This document shows, one piece after another, positions 23,918-47,952 of a stretch of DNA of 64,000 bases. Numbering within the stretch: the stretch's first letter is position 1; the number at the start of each line of letters is the position of its first letter. The translations under genes and the position numbers were made by a program. Below the pieces are notes generated by a model, which saw nothing but the letters and a program-made list of their open reading frames with translations, ran no database searches and was not told the DNA's origin. This stretch comes from Euglena gracilis (lineage: Eukaryota), in contig CP154954.1 of the NCBI GenBank assembly GCA_039621445.1, forward strand, positions 44,433,847 to 44,497,846. Direction: 5' to 3'.

Positions 23918-24512
23918 AGCGACAGGCAGCGACCGCCAGACAGGAGGGGGCCGCAGGAGGAGGCTCGAGATTCCTGGAGCCATCTCATGGCAAACACGAG
24001 GAGGCTCGCGAGCCTCCTCGAGCCGTCCGATGACAAGCTCAAGGAGGCTGGCGAGCCGGCTCAGGGAGGCTCGCACTGCGTTTGCATGCGCATTGAGGCA
24101 AATACCCTGATTTTATGTATGCCCTTTCCCTCTGCCACGGTTCAAACCCTTGTGGTTCGGATGTGTATTATGACATATACCCTTTTGTTTTTGCCCTTTC
24201 CCTCTGTAACTGTTCTGCGGGCTTTTGAAAGCCACAAAGAAAACAACATCCTTTCTCACTCTTTCTGCACCGAGTACCCATTTCTGTTTCTTCTTCTTCC
24301 CCGTAAGTACATTGCACTTTTCTGAATGTGCGGGGGGTATTGCTTAAAGTTATTACCTGGGTGAATAAATTCTGTTTGTGGAAGCGGTTTCCTACAAAAA
24401 AAACAGCATTTCTTGATGTCTCCATCTCCCAAGCTTGGAGTTTTCTGCAAACTTGCAATTGACGGTAATGTGCTCAGAACACTGTTATTTGGCAAATCGG
24501 TCTAGCCTGGCT

Positions 24513-26765
24513 ACGGTGTCCAGCATGATGCGCATCTTAGCGAAGGACTCCATCATCAGGCCCAGCTCCGGCCAGGCTTCCTTTTTTGGGAACTGGAAAC
24601 CTTGGAAACTTCATTTCAGTGGACATCCCGCCTGGGAGCTGCCAGGCGTGGAACCCACCCCCCTGCACACCCTCAACTCCATTTTTAATTGTGTTTGAAC
24701 AGCTCCCTGGAATCGCCAGCTGGGCCCTAGCATACCCAGACCCAGAGGCTCATTCCTGGATATGCATTCACTTAGCGACTCCTTTTGGGTTTGAGCCCAA
24801 ACCCATCCACCCACAGGTGGGGGGGGGTCCCCCCCCCACTTGGGTGGTCGAGGCGGGGGGAGGGGTGGTCGATGGCCCACCCACCACCCGTTGGGTGTCC
24901 AAGACTCCCGTCCAGCCCTGGTCAACCCCACCCACCCACCCACCCGAAACCCACCCCAAAAATGGTTGAAACCCCACAGAAAACTTTGGCCTTTGGCCAC
25001 ACTGACCCGCACCCCACCCCCTGGGGGGGTGAAGTGCCCAACCCACTGACCCCCCCCTTCGGGGCAGTGGTGGTGTTAAATGAATCCTGGACCTCCCTGG
25101 AAAGGGGTTCCGAATCAATCAAAAAGAAATCTGGCCCCCGCACACAAGTGCCCCGGGGAACGGCGGTGCCCACCACGTCCAGCTCCACGCAGCGGTGCAT
25201 GTCCCAGCCAAAGGGGGTGGCGGTTGTCAGGTGCCCCAGAAGAACAACCATGTAATACAGTGAAGGAGAAGGCACGGCACCACAAAACACATCCACCGTC
25301 ACCCCAACTCTGATAAAAAGAAGAAAACAAAACGCCATACTGGAAATGTCGAAATGAAACGTACCAAGTGTGGGAAAAGCATGCCAATAATCTCGAGCTG
25401 CCAAATGAACCTCTGAATGAAGCTGTTTGGCTTGCGGGAAGGACCCCTCCAAGCTTCTGGAGGGTCTACGCCTGGACCATACCAATATGCCAAGCAGGGG
25501 TTTTTTTAAGACCGGGGGGGGTCCCCCCCACCCACCCACCCCCTGGGGGGCCCCCCCGGGGGGGGGGTCCCGGGGGACCCACAAAAAATGGCCGAAAAAT
25601 CGCGAAAAGTGCTAAAAATAGCATTTTTTCGGCGCCTGCGGCGCCGAAAAGTGTATCCCACCCCCCTCCGGGGGGACCCCCCGGGGGGGGGGGGGGGGTG
25701 GGCCGGACCCACCCACCCTACCCCCCCCTCCCCCCCCCGGGGGTCCACGACTAAAAAAACCCCTGATGCCAAGAAACAGCCCTTTGCTGAAGAATAATTT
25801 CGGCAAAAAGCGGCATGGAAAAAACAGAATGGGTGGTTGGAAATGCACATTTTATCTCACCATTGAAATTTGCCGTGTCGAACATATTCCCATTTGCTTG
25901 AGTTTGAAATCCAAAAAAAATATTTTCAGGAAATGTAAATAACGATGAATCTCCATGGTTCAGATTTAGTACTTTTTTGAAGTATCCTTTTGTACGACTC
26001 ATTTCAGTATGGTGCGGGGGGGGTTCTGTCGAATTAAGATTTTGGAACCAACTTAGGAGCAACCAATACAACAACTTTGAAGTTTCAAGGCTCAAACTGG
26101 AAATAAACTTCAGACCGGGATCCATTTTGTGACCGTTATTGAAATTGTGTGGGGATTTTTGGGGGTCTCCACCAAACTGTGGAAACACTTGGGAGGGATT
26201 TTGTTCCTCAAATTCTGTCACACCAACTTTATACCATGCTGATCCCCCCAGCAGCATGGTATGGTTTGCAGGCTGTTTTTTACCAACCCCGGGGGGGAGG
26301 GGGGGTCCGGAGTGCCTGTGAGTGCCTGCCCAGGCAGGCACTACCCCCCCCCCCGGGGGGGGGTCGGATTTCGGCCTGTGCCCGGGCACATTCCTTTGAA
26401 AATAGGCCATTTTTGGTTGTGCTAGGGCACTTTTGGCCGTGTGCCCCCCCGGGGGGGGGGGTCGGATTTGGAGTGCCTTGGGGTGCCTGCCCAGGCAGGC
26501 ACCCCCCCCCGGGGTGGGGTCGGCACCCGACCCCCCCCGGGGTGGGGTCGGCACCCGACTAAAATACAGCCTGATGGTTTGCCCTCAAACTGCCTGACAC
26601 ACTGCAGACTGAGCCTGCCAAAGCCTTTGGCCGCCCCCTTGCCAGGCAACCTTCCTCAGCGGGGAGGCGATCATCTTGTTGGTGAAAAGCACCGCGGCGA
26701 GGGCAACGGCGGCCAGGCTGGTGACGCTGATGATGACCAGCAGGGCCACTGACCACCGGATCGGC
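24513..26765 (-). CDS. Adenylyl cyclase A: TM2 and HAMP exons (~26645-26765, 25137-25206, 24513-24567)
   Basis: SVALLVIISVTSLAAVALAAVLFTNKMIASPLRKVA|WDMHRCVELDVVGTAVPRGTCVRE|LGLMMESFAKMRIMLDTV: a hydrophobic helix followed by a HAMP-like pattern, with consistent phases. Confidence 0.75.
25495..25765. mobile_element. hAT-like MITE family 3
   Basis: caggggtttttt...aaaaaaacccctg; perfect TSD atgccaag. Confidence 0.9.
26269..26573. mobile_element. hAT-like MITE family 2
   Basis: caggctgtttt...aaatacagcctg; perfect TSD atggtttg. Confidence 0.9.
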
Positions 26766-27554
26766 CGGTCGACGGGCCCGGTGGCCGTCTTGAGGCATTG
26801 GGTTGGGGGGGGGGGTCGGGACTGCGGTGGGAAATAGGACCCGCCACCTATGTTGGTTGCTCACCTGGGTGGTGTCAGGATCAGCTTGATGCCTCCTCCT
26901 TTTCCTCACTTCAAGCATTATGAAAAAGATTGCAGTAGAGTGTGCATTGATCTCCTGTGTCTGAAACACACCAGTTGCCATTGCATTGCTGGGGTGGATT
27001 TGGGCCAGTGACACAGCCCCTTACACCCCCAAAAATGCCAGGTCTCCAACATATTACTGTTGACATGGAGGTGCGCTAGCCCACCTTCGCAAAAAAAAAT
27101 GCACAAAAACACGTTACACAAGTGCAAAATCTGAGAGAAAAGGCGCAAAAAAAAATGAAAAATCATCATGAAAATGAAAAAATTACACCCAAAAACGTGC
27201 GAAAAAATCCAAATTTGAAAAACCATATGCAAATGTGAGGAGAATGCCATTTACAATAACAAAACCAGTTTAAATATAAATTATAAAAAAAGGAGAGCAA
27301 TACCAAAAATGCGCTGGAAAAAAAATGAAAAGCACAAAATGGGCAGAAATGCGGAGAAATTTTCATTTGCACACACCCCACATCAGCACTTGTATAAATC
27401 AGTGGGGGAGGTGCCAGCGATTTATCCGATCGCCATTCGCACCAGTTCAGTTCGTGTGGTCCATCATGGGGGCTCCGTTAGGCACAGCCCTCGACCACAC
27501 AGGTGGGGAGGGCCACTTTCTTGGAGAGAGAAAGAGGCGGCCCCCGGTCTGCAC

Positions 27555-37850
<10,296 letters not shown>

Positions 37851-39778
37851 ACGGGCTGGGGGACCGGCCACTGCAACGGGAAATGGGGCGGAGGGGCAGG
37901 GGGGTAGACAGAAGACCCAGATGGCCCAATCCTGACACTGCCGAAAGCTGGGAAAAAATATTTTCTAATTTAATAATAATGAATAATAATAATTGGGATT
38001 TGTCAGCCCCCATGTCCTCAAACTTGAAGAAAATAAAATGCAAGCATGCAAAGCCCCACAATTATACAGGACATGGTTGGAGGAGTCAAATCCTGCCAGG
38101 ACTCATCAGCTGGGTGATCGCCGCTCCTGGGCTCGCAGTCAGGCCGTGCCTGCTTTACCTGTACTGGCATGACGGTTGTTTGCATTTCCTTGGGGGGGGG
38201 GAGTGGTTGATCAGCAGCCCCCTGCCTTTGGTCTTGCTTCCTCCAAGGGGTCACTCCATGCGGAGGCTGTTGGAGCACACTTCAGGTTGTGTTCGGTCAA
38301 AAATTCAGTGTTAAGAAAGGGGACAAAAGTTAAACCCCGTATTCCCCAAAAACTTAGCCATATTTAGCCATATGCATTAAAAAGTAGCTATATGTTTGGC
38401 TTTGTGCCGAAAATTTCTGGCTTAAAGCCCCCTGGCACGGGACTCCCCGTGCCAGGGAGGCGTCCAAAATAAAAAGAAACTTAGTGGCAGTACTGTGGGT
38501 ACTGCATGCGTTGACCTCCTGTTTTCCCCCTTGTCGAATTCAATGGCCGCAATACCGGAAATCGCCAACTTTACTTACTTCGAATATAATTGGCTGAAAA
38601 GATTTAACAGCCCGCAGTGCCGGCGAGCTTGGGATCCTGTGAGATGCAGGGGAGGGGGGAGGACGGCCGAAGAACTTCCAAAAGTGGCAAGGTGGAAATA
38701 AATCAAAAAATAGATTAATTCCGAAAAAATTCTGTTTTCCTGGAGATCGTGCAATTTTATGGAAACCCAAAATCATATGCTCTGGAATGGCTGCTTCAAA
38801 AAATTTCTTCTGACGTTGCTGGGGTGACAGAGTCAGATCTTCGCAAAATGCTCCAGCCCACAACCACAACCTGAGCCCGCCCCGAGTGCTTAGCGGCTTC
38901 AAACACCTGCTGAACCGCTTCTAATAAGGCCAGCCGCAAGTGTACAGGGGAACCCCGGAACACAAACGGCGAAGACGAAAGGGGGCAGGGGGGGAGGAAC
39001 GAGCAGGTCCCACAGGGGAAGCCCCTGCAACGGATGGCAGCGAAGATAAGGGAGGGGAGGGTGGGGGGCCGGGGTCCCCGACAGCGGACGGGGTGTGGAA
39101 GATGGCCGAAAGGGGGGAAGGGAGGTCCGCCAGCGGGGACTGAGAAAGGGGGGAACGGAGGGACCCAGGGAAGACGGGCGGGATCGGGGGGGGGGGACAC
39201 CAGGAGAGTGCCCGGGGGCCCTCTCTGGGGCAGGGGCACCGGGGGGCACGGGCAAAAGTTGACACTTTTCGACCGTTGGTCGGCACACACCATCCGACAC
39301 CGGGACAATTTCACGCAATTGTAATCATGCCTGAAACAATATTCATTTTTTCCTTCAACTTGAGAAATGTGCCTTTTCCAACAAAACATGTTAAAATCCT
39401 CAAAAAAATTGCCTAGACAGGTGAAGAGAAAAGTACCAACAAGGAGCAAGCACAGAGGGTGGAGAAGGACATCGGGCGGGGGAGGGGGTAGGTGTCCCAT
39501 ATACCTTTTAGAATCTTTCATAAAATCGCCATAAACAGATGAGATCCAAGAAAAAAACAAAATAATGTCAGAAATGTGCCTGATCCAACCCTGTAAGGCC
39601 AGACAGCCGCGGGATGTCACATAGAACATGGAAAAGAAAGTGGGTGGTCGGACTGTTGGCAGTTTTGTCAAGGGTAATCCCTGGAATATCAACACGATTC
39701 AAAACCAATTCATCCTCCCCTCTGATAAATCCAAAAATCAAAACCAACCTGCACTGCACACACACAGAAACACAGATA

Positions 39779-39818
<40 letters not shown>

Positions 39819-39945
39819 TGGGATGTATGTATGCATACACACATGTGTAAATATGTGCACATATGTAAATACATACATGCATGATGCACATAATTACGCC
39901 CACCTGCAACCGACCCTCCGACCTACCGACCTACAGACATGTCTC

Positions 39946-41300
39946 CATACATACATACATACATACATACATACATACATACATACATACATACATACAT
40001 ACATACATACATACATACATACATACATACATACATGCATACATACATACATACATACCTCCCCCCCCCCCTTGTCCAACGACCACTAATGTTCGTCTCT
40101 GACCGGGGGGGCTGTCGCTAAAATGGCCAATGTTCGTCTCCGACCAGGGGGGGGTGGTCGTTAGACAAGCGGGGTGGACCACAAGTCGGAGGAAAATTTG
40201 CCATAGATGGGGGTATATGGCCATTTTTGGGCTGTTTTTGGCCATTTATGCTATTTCTTGACTACGGTTGGCCACTTTTGGCCATTTTGGAAATTTTTTG
40301 AGCGCTTTTGGGAATTTTTAGGCATTTTTGACCACTTTTTGCCATGTTTGGTCGCTTTTGGCCACTTTTGGCAACTGTTGGCCACACTTTGGCCCCCTTT
40401 GACCGTTTTTGGCCACTTTAGGCTGTTTTTGGTTACTTTTGGCCATTTTTGCCTTATTTTTGCTATTTTTGGCAACTTTTTGGGCACCTTTGGCCATCCC
40501 TTAGCCATTTTAAGCCATTTTGGGTTATTTTTGACTGTTTTTAGCCAACTTTTACCAATTTTGGCCGAACCAACATCGTATACAAAAAGATCATCTCTGA
40601 CCGGGGGGGTGGTCGTTAGACAAGCCCGGTCGTTGGACAAGGGGGGGGGAGGTACATACATACATACATACATACATACATACATACATACATACATACA
40701 TACATACATACATACATACATACAAACAGACATACATACAGACAGACATAAAAACATACAGACATACATACATATACAAAAATACATACATACAGACAGA
40801 CATACATATAGACAGACATACATACATACATACATACAGACATACATACATACAGACATACAGACAGACATACATACATACATACAGACATACATACAGA
40901 CATACATACATACAGACATACATACATACATACATACATACATACATACATACATACATACATACATACATACATACATACATACATACATACATACATA
41001 CATACATACATACATACATACATACATACATACACACAACCATACACACAACCATACATACATACATACAACACACATACATACATACACACATGCATAC
41101 ATGCATACATACATGCATGCATACATGCATACATGTACATGTACATGTACATGCATGTCTGCATGCATACAGACAGACAGACAGACATCCCTGCCTTAAT
41201 AACACACATATACACATACATACACACATGCATACATGCATACATAGACACATACATGCATGAATGCATGGATGCATGCATCCATCCATCCATCCATCCA
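39946..41300. repeat. (TACA)n microsatellite field interrupted by a TA-MITE
   Basis: Directly visible; it generates the spurious MYVC/HTYI ORFs. Confidence 0.97.
40058..40652. mobile_element. Tc1/mariner-like MITE family T1 inserted at a TA of the (TACA)n tract
   Basis: ta|cctcccc..cttgtccaacgacc ... ggtcgttggacaagggg..gagg|ta. Confidence 0.85.
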
Positions 41301-44300
41301 TCTGTCTGTCTGTCTGTCTGTCCGTCTGTCCGATACAGATTTAAATTTTTTTTGCAGCATTAAATCTGCACATTCCCCGCAAATTCTGAAATGGGCGACC
41401 CAAAAGGGCCCTCTCCTGACATCCATCATCGATGTTGTGGAGAAAGTGAGTGGAAAATCCCAAAATTTATTTCAAATTCAGATTGAAATATTTCAAAAAA
41501 AACAAACCGATTCCTGCGTTTGGGTTGGTTGTAGGTTGTAAATGCCTCCTCATTTTGGGGTGTTCATGAACAGGGAACTGTGGATTGGCACAAGCAGTTA
41601 AATTGCACAAATAATTATGCAAAAAATTTATCAGCTGGACGTCCTTCGCCAAAAGCCGTTTGAAACACTTTCTTGCAAAGTGATCAAAATACTATATGTG
41701 CTTCTTGATCACACACTGGCAAAAGTCTTTGTGGTGAGGACGCACATGCACAAAAGAAAAAATTTAACGCATATGCCGCAGAGCAAAAATGCACGGAGAC
41801 CTTGTGGGACGGACAGCAGAATGACACATTCAGCAAACAGCCAGCAGGGCACTCGTGGACACGTTTTCGTAGTTGATCAATTGGGAGGGGGCATGAACGA
41901 ATGCAAAAGTCGCTTAGAGAAAACGATGCGAAGAGACAGCCACATGGGTGGCAAAAGGGAAACTGTTGTAGCACCTCTTTGTGCTACTTCGCCATCTCCA
42001 TTTGGACTATCTCCATTTGTCATCCCAAAATGGCTCCAAGATTCTTTGCCACGGCACCATACACCCTTTTCAGGTTGATGGCCGGAAATTTGAAAATCTT
42101 TCTGTTCTTGAACACAATTCTTTTTAAAGTAAAACAAAAATACGAGTCTTTGCATGTTCGTTGTCCGGCCGTTCAAATTTGTGCAGGCATTCGTTGGACA
42201 TGGATGCGTTACGTTTGGTCCAATGCAAAATACCTAACCGATGCCAGCAGTCGTTCAGCCTGACACAAAAATGAAAACAGGAGATGGGCTGCTTCTGAGG
42301 AGAGAATCACCCTTGGGGCAAAGCATATCCTTTTGCCTTCCCCATTTAACCAGCGGTTTCCGATGGCGCATGTGCCAGAACAAATGACTGTCTGTCAGGG
42401 GTGTGACGACACCGCTGACAAAAACACAACTCTGATAGCAACCACCCATTTAAATATCGAAACCTTTCGAAACATTTTCTTGCAACGAAGCATCAGAAAC
42501 CTTCTTGATTTGCGCAGAGAACTCGGCATCCACCGCAGGCAGAAACAACTCGGCGGTGGAAAAAAAAACTTGGCTTTTTGAGGGATTTTTAAGGGTGTTT
42601 TTTTTGGTTCCTAAGGCGTGTCAAGGTTTTTTGGCATTGTATTCCAAGGGCGGTTCAAGGGCCACCCTGGCATCGAACGGGGTCCAAAATATAAAAAGTC
42701 GAACCCCGTTTTTTCCTTCACAATGCTCCAGCAGTGGCATCATTTTTCTTGGAGTTGTCTTGTTTTGCCGAGATTTTGCGGTTTTATTTTGTTTTGATTT
42801 GACAAAATTTTGCAAATTGTTTTTTTTTTTTGAGGTTCTTTTAGTTTAAGTTTTTTTAAAAGGCTTTTCAGGCATTTTGTTCAAAAAATTAAGGCGCTTT
42901 AAAATTTTTAAAGGCTTTTTAAGGCACCTCTAAAGAAATAATGCCTGTTGTCCACTGGCGTGATCGGGACCGTCACATCCTGACTTGACTTTTGTTGACG
43001 TCTCACAACCTTTTGCCGATTTCTCCTCAAGCGAGAAATCCTTGGATGACTTGATCCCCAGGTTGCCTCACCATGCCCCATCTGCTTGGCAGTCCCTGGG
43101 GCGCAATTTTTTTTGAAGGGAGGGGGCAGCTTTGCAAATATTAGGCGTCCAGTTGATACAGAGGGCAAGATCAGTGAGCGACTGCTACATAGTGGGGGGC
43201 TTCTCTTGGCAGGGTTGCCCCCGCTCTTTGGGTGTCATACCAAAGCCTTCTGGCATCCCCAATTTCGATGTGTATTCACAACCATAAGTCTCTTTAAGGA
43301 CAAGGGGAGAGGGCTTGGCTGTGGCTTGAAAACTGGCTGGCTGCCCATTTCCCTGCAAAACAGGGTCTGCAAAATCTTAAAAACAGAATCAAGCATTAAC
43401 TCGCACTGCAAGAATGAGGGGAAATGGGCACGCTGGGCATAGGGTTGTTTCCTTCTGGAGCTTTGCACCAAAATTTTTGGCAATATGACAAATTTTTGCC
43501 CCCCAAAAAGTGACAAAAATGGCATTTTGGCCAATTTTTGGCCGAATTTGGGCCATTTGAGATTTGGGCCATGTTGCAAAAAATTGGCCAAAGCTCCGAA
43601 GAGGTGTCCTCTGACTGGCATGACTGGCAGGGGGTGGTCGTTGGATATAGGGGGGCGTTGGGCATAGGGCGGGGGTACACAAAGATAAAAACGATGCGAT
43701 GGTTTCTGCCTTCTCCCACCCAAAAGCACATCACTTCTGCGCCAAGCACGAGGTCAACAGGAGATCAGTGAGGGCGTTTTGAACCCTTGAAATACACATT
43801 TTTGAGTATCCAAAGTATCTAAAGGGCCAATTCTACGAATGCTTCCAGGGACTGGCTTATGTTGAAAACGACACCCACCTCTGTCGAAATTATGGACTTT
43901 CCTCAAATTTTGAAATCTTAAAAAAAATATGCCGCATTCATATTTTAAAGACCAATTCCATGCATATTTCCAAGGACGAGCCCAAATGCAATCCAGATCA
44001 ATATTTTTCCTTCCTGGATTTTTACAGATACCTCTCCTGTCAGCACCTCTCAGTCCTCAGTCGTTGGAGGACAACTGGGAGAGAGCACTTTTTGCGTTCT
44101 CTGACCGGGGGGTCATCACTGGGCTTTACCCGTCCCCCAACTCAGGAATCCAGGGAGGTTAATAAAAAGTGCTTTGGCTGGAATAGGGGGTCAGCAGGTG
44201 GGGGTTGGTGTAATATCAAGGAACCATTTGGACAAAAATACATTTTTGATTTGAAAAAAAAAACTGCTTTCCGGGTGGGTTGGTGCAATATCAAAGAAAC

Positions 44301-44799
44301 ATTTGGACAAAGACCATTGATTCCATGAACCCAAAGGTGTTTATTTTCCTTCACCGGATGGCTTGTGGGTCGCGGGACTGGACATTATGCGGTCAATTAT
44401 GAGTGAGAATTTCCGTGCTGGACGTGCCCCTTTAGCATCCATTATGCCGGCTACAGATGTGTGCCGTGAACAGGGATGCCCCCCTCGAACGCAGCCTCCC
44501 CAACTCTACTGGGCTGGCAGTGTGGTGGGTCGAGCATTTGGGCTTGGGCAGGACCACAGACAGAGGGGAGGTGGGGCAGGGCTGGGCTGTGGGGGATGGC
44601 CTAGGGTAGACCCCCCCACCCGCCAAAAGAATGGCCCCATGCAAGAAACCCCTCAGGACCGAAAAATCACCGTCCCAGGGGAGGGGTGGTGGCCCCCACC
44701 CACTCATCCCGAGGGTGATGGGGACGGGGATGAGGTTGGCGGAGTGGGTGGGGTCGACTTCCCCCCCCCCCAGGGTTGTATGGGAATCTCCGAGGGGGG

Positions 44800-46330
44800 G
44801 GGGACCCCCCTCCAACCTCCAGTTTTCGGTCGCCGAAAATTGGCTTTTTGGGGTCAAAAGGTCAATTTTTCTGAAATTTCTCAAAAATGGTGGGGAATCA
44901 AAAGAAATGTCCACTGCTTAAATTGAAGCCCTTAAAATGCCCTATCTAACAGTATTTTAATAACTCCCCACCTAGCCCGAGTTACGGCCATTTTTCGGCC
45001 AATTTTGGCCATTTTGCCAAAATTTCATGTTGAGCCTCAAGAGGGTCCTTAAATACATACCCGGCGCGAAGCGCCGGAAAATTTTTTTTTGCCTCCGCAG
45101 GGGAGAAGGAAGGTGGGGGGACGGACCCCCCTTCCGAAACTGGGGGGGGGTGGGGGACCAGGTTTTGAATAGTGCTGAGCTCTTGATAAGCGCGCACCCA
45201 CCCCTTCATTGACCCCTCCATACATACCGGCCCACTCCATGGAGCTCTTTTGCCTGAAATCCATAGGTTTTGTGCCAGAAACGGGGCGCCGGTGGATCGA
45301 AAAACATTTTCGGCTCAAAAACAGTTTTTTCCAGGTCCGGGAGGCCAGAAAACATCGTTTCGGGCAAAAAAAAATTCGATTTTTTCGACTTTTTTGATCC
45401 GGGTTTGACCCAAAGTCGGCGGCCCAAAACGGGGCGCCGGCGGATCGAAAAAGGCTCGTTTTCGGCTCAAAAACAGTTTTTCCTGGGTCCAGGAGGCCAA
45501 AAAAACATCGCTTCGGGCAAAAAAAAATTTCGATTTTTCGACTTTTTTGGCCGAAAACGGAGTCGAACAGTGGAAAAAGTGTACACAATGGCCTAAAATG
45601 GCCTAAAATGGCCTAGATTAGCCAAAAAAAAAAAACGCCTGTATCTCGGGCTGGGCGGGGAGTTGCGGGGAAACCAAAATCCCAGTAGATAGAGCGTTCC
45701 AAGGGTTTCAATTTAGGTCTCCGGACATTTCCTTTGATTTTGCATCATTTTCGAGAAATTTTGAGAACATCGAATTTTTGACCCCCCACCCCCCAAAAAC
45801 GGCCAAGTCGGACAGTGGGAAAAGTGTACAAAACCGGCCATCTACGCCGAAAACGGCCGTATCTCGGGCTAGGCGGGGAGTTGCAGGGAAATCAAAATAC
45901 CGGTAGATGGGGCGTTCCAAGGGCTTCAAATTAGGTCTCCGGACATTTCCTTTGATTTGGCTTCATTTTGGAGATGTTTTGAAATTAGACATTTTTTTGG
46001 CCGAAATGGCAGAGTCCAAAGGGGGGGGGGGGCTTAAAAAGGGGGGGGTGGGCCGATCCTACCCAGTTTGGACCCCTTCGCGCGTGAATAACTCGGGCCT
46101 GGCGGGGAGTTGGGGGTCAAACCCAGGTGATTCGGAAACTAGAAACCCAGTTGCTCACGACTGGAAAAAAAATTCCGGGAACGGGGCGGGATCATGGTGA
46201 TAATCCGTCGGTTCTCCTGGTGGCCACGACCCGGGGGGGGGGGAGGGGGGGAGGGGGGGTTCGCCGGGTGTAAGCTTTGCTCTTACCCATAAAGGGATAA
46301 GAGGTCAGCGACCCCCCCCCTACCACCTTA
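44800..46330. repeat. Dispersed repeat family (third copy)
   Basis: Shares blocks with 31250-33330 and 7710-8460. Confidence 0.7.
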
Positions 46331-47151
46331 CCACCCTAGGGGGGGGGACCCCCTACCACCTATCTCATGTCTGCGGAGCTTCCCATAAAACCCTGCCCCC
46401 CCCACCCGTGGGGTTTCAGGGAGTCCCGGGCAGCCCAGGGCGCGGGCGTGTGGTTGGCGCAGCGGGGGCTGCCGGCGCTGCGGACTCTCACAGAGACTGC
46501 CGTGGAGCGTGAAGCGTATGGGACCGGCCCATAGGATTCAGGCAGAAGGGGCCCAGTGGTAGCAGGCTTCGTTTTTTTTATTTTATGGATCTGGAGATCT
46601 AGAGAGCCCTTTTTTCCTGAGAAGAGCGGGACATTCAGCGCACAAACAGTTCGAATGACAAATTGATCAGTGCTTGATGCGGTGCACCCCAGTTGAGGCA
46701 GCAGGGGTGTCTCACGCCACTCCTGCTGCGGGAGCTGCTCGGCAACCTCTGCAGGATGAACCCGAGATAATCCCGGTTTATAAGAGAGCATCATGGAATA
46801 TAATATCATCAAATCATGGAATCATAACACCATCATATATCATCATCGCAGAACAGAGCAGAATTGAACAGAATAGAGTAGGATAGGATAGGATGGGATG
46901 GGTTAGAATAGAACAGAATATCGGCACCACCTGTCACATGAGAAGGTCCGGGGTGACTTGGACGTCTTGTTCTCTTCCCCACATGCGACCGCCACCTCCC
47001 GGCTTGGCCCGCCGCTCCTCTCCCTTTTTGCCGCCGTCTGGCATCTACATGCAAGGCACCGCTGAGACGGGCCGCGCCACTGCTTGAGCGGTCTCCTCAT
47101 GCATCAATATGAAACCTGTGTGTAAGAGAGTGAGTGTGCGTGCATGCGTGC

Positions 47152-47327
<176 letters not shown>

Positions 47328-47920
47328 TATGGATTATGTGTTAGGATGTGTGTCCATGTGTGCATGCATGCATTCCTGCAGAACATGCAACCGCATGCAT
47401 GTACGCAGCCCAAATTTTGCTTCTTGTGCTGGTCCAGTGAACCGTTGTTGCGCGTCGCTGTGTTGTGGTGTGGCACGTAGTCCCCTCGTTGGCTTCCCGG
47501 CATATCCTCCATCAATCAAAGGAAGCACGTTTGTGCTCGGAGCAAATGTCTGCATCTGAGGGGGATACCACCCTACCCGTTGGAGTTCTTTTAGCCATCT
47601 CTGTAAATCAAGGGGGAAGCGAGAAACCGAATTCCCACGTCCCCATCCATGCCACCAACCTCTTTCGTTTTTTAATTTCTGGAAATGGACAAAAACTATT
47701 TTTTTGCTGCCAATTTCAAGGTCCAAATCCGCCTAAGTTTGAGGTGATAAAATTTTGGGAGGCAAATTACTTCGTTTTTGAAAGAGATGAAGCGATCTCC
47801 TATCCGGATCCGTTGAAAATGTTTACAAAGTTATGCCTGCTTAGCCTCCCAGGCATGACCCCTCATGGACAATATTGCAAGTTGCTAGAAATCAAAGGGA
47901 TAGGGTCAGGGGTAGAGTTA

Positions 47921-47952
47921 TGGTTAAGGTTAGGGTTAGGGTTAGGGTTAGG
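47921..47952 (+). repeat. Short interstitial (TTAGGG)n tract
   Basis: ggttaaggttagggttagggttagggttagg. Confidence 0.8.

Noticed and set aside
23918-24076. N-terminal extension of ORF 23606-24076 (MRASLSRLAS..RLEEAREPP) as cyclase coding sequence
   Set aside because: It overlaps a degenerate copy of the GAGGAGGCTC palindrome repeat; the HAMP exon at 24513-24567 is the better upstream exon.
39894-41301. Long MYVC/HTYI ORFs
   Set aside because: Translations of the (TACA)n microsatellite.
41480-42540. Degenerate coding-like AT-rich region
   Set aside because: Fragmented frames with no recognisable motif; cannot be assigned.
46430-46540. Extra 3' exon of cyclase B (AVSVRVRSAGSPRCANH)
   Set aside because: GC-rich and faintly like the TPRC end of copy A, but exon 49837-50017 already reaches a stop and no convincing junction was found.
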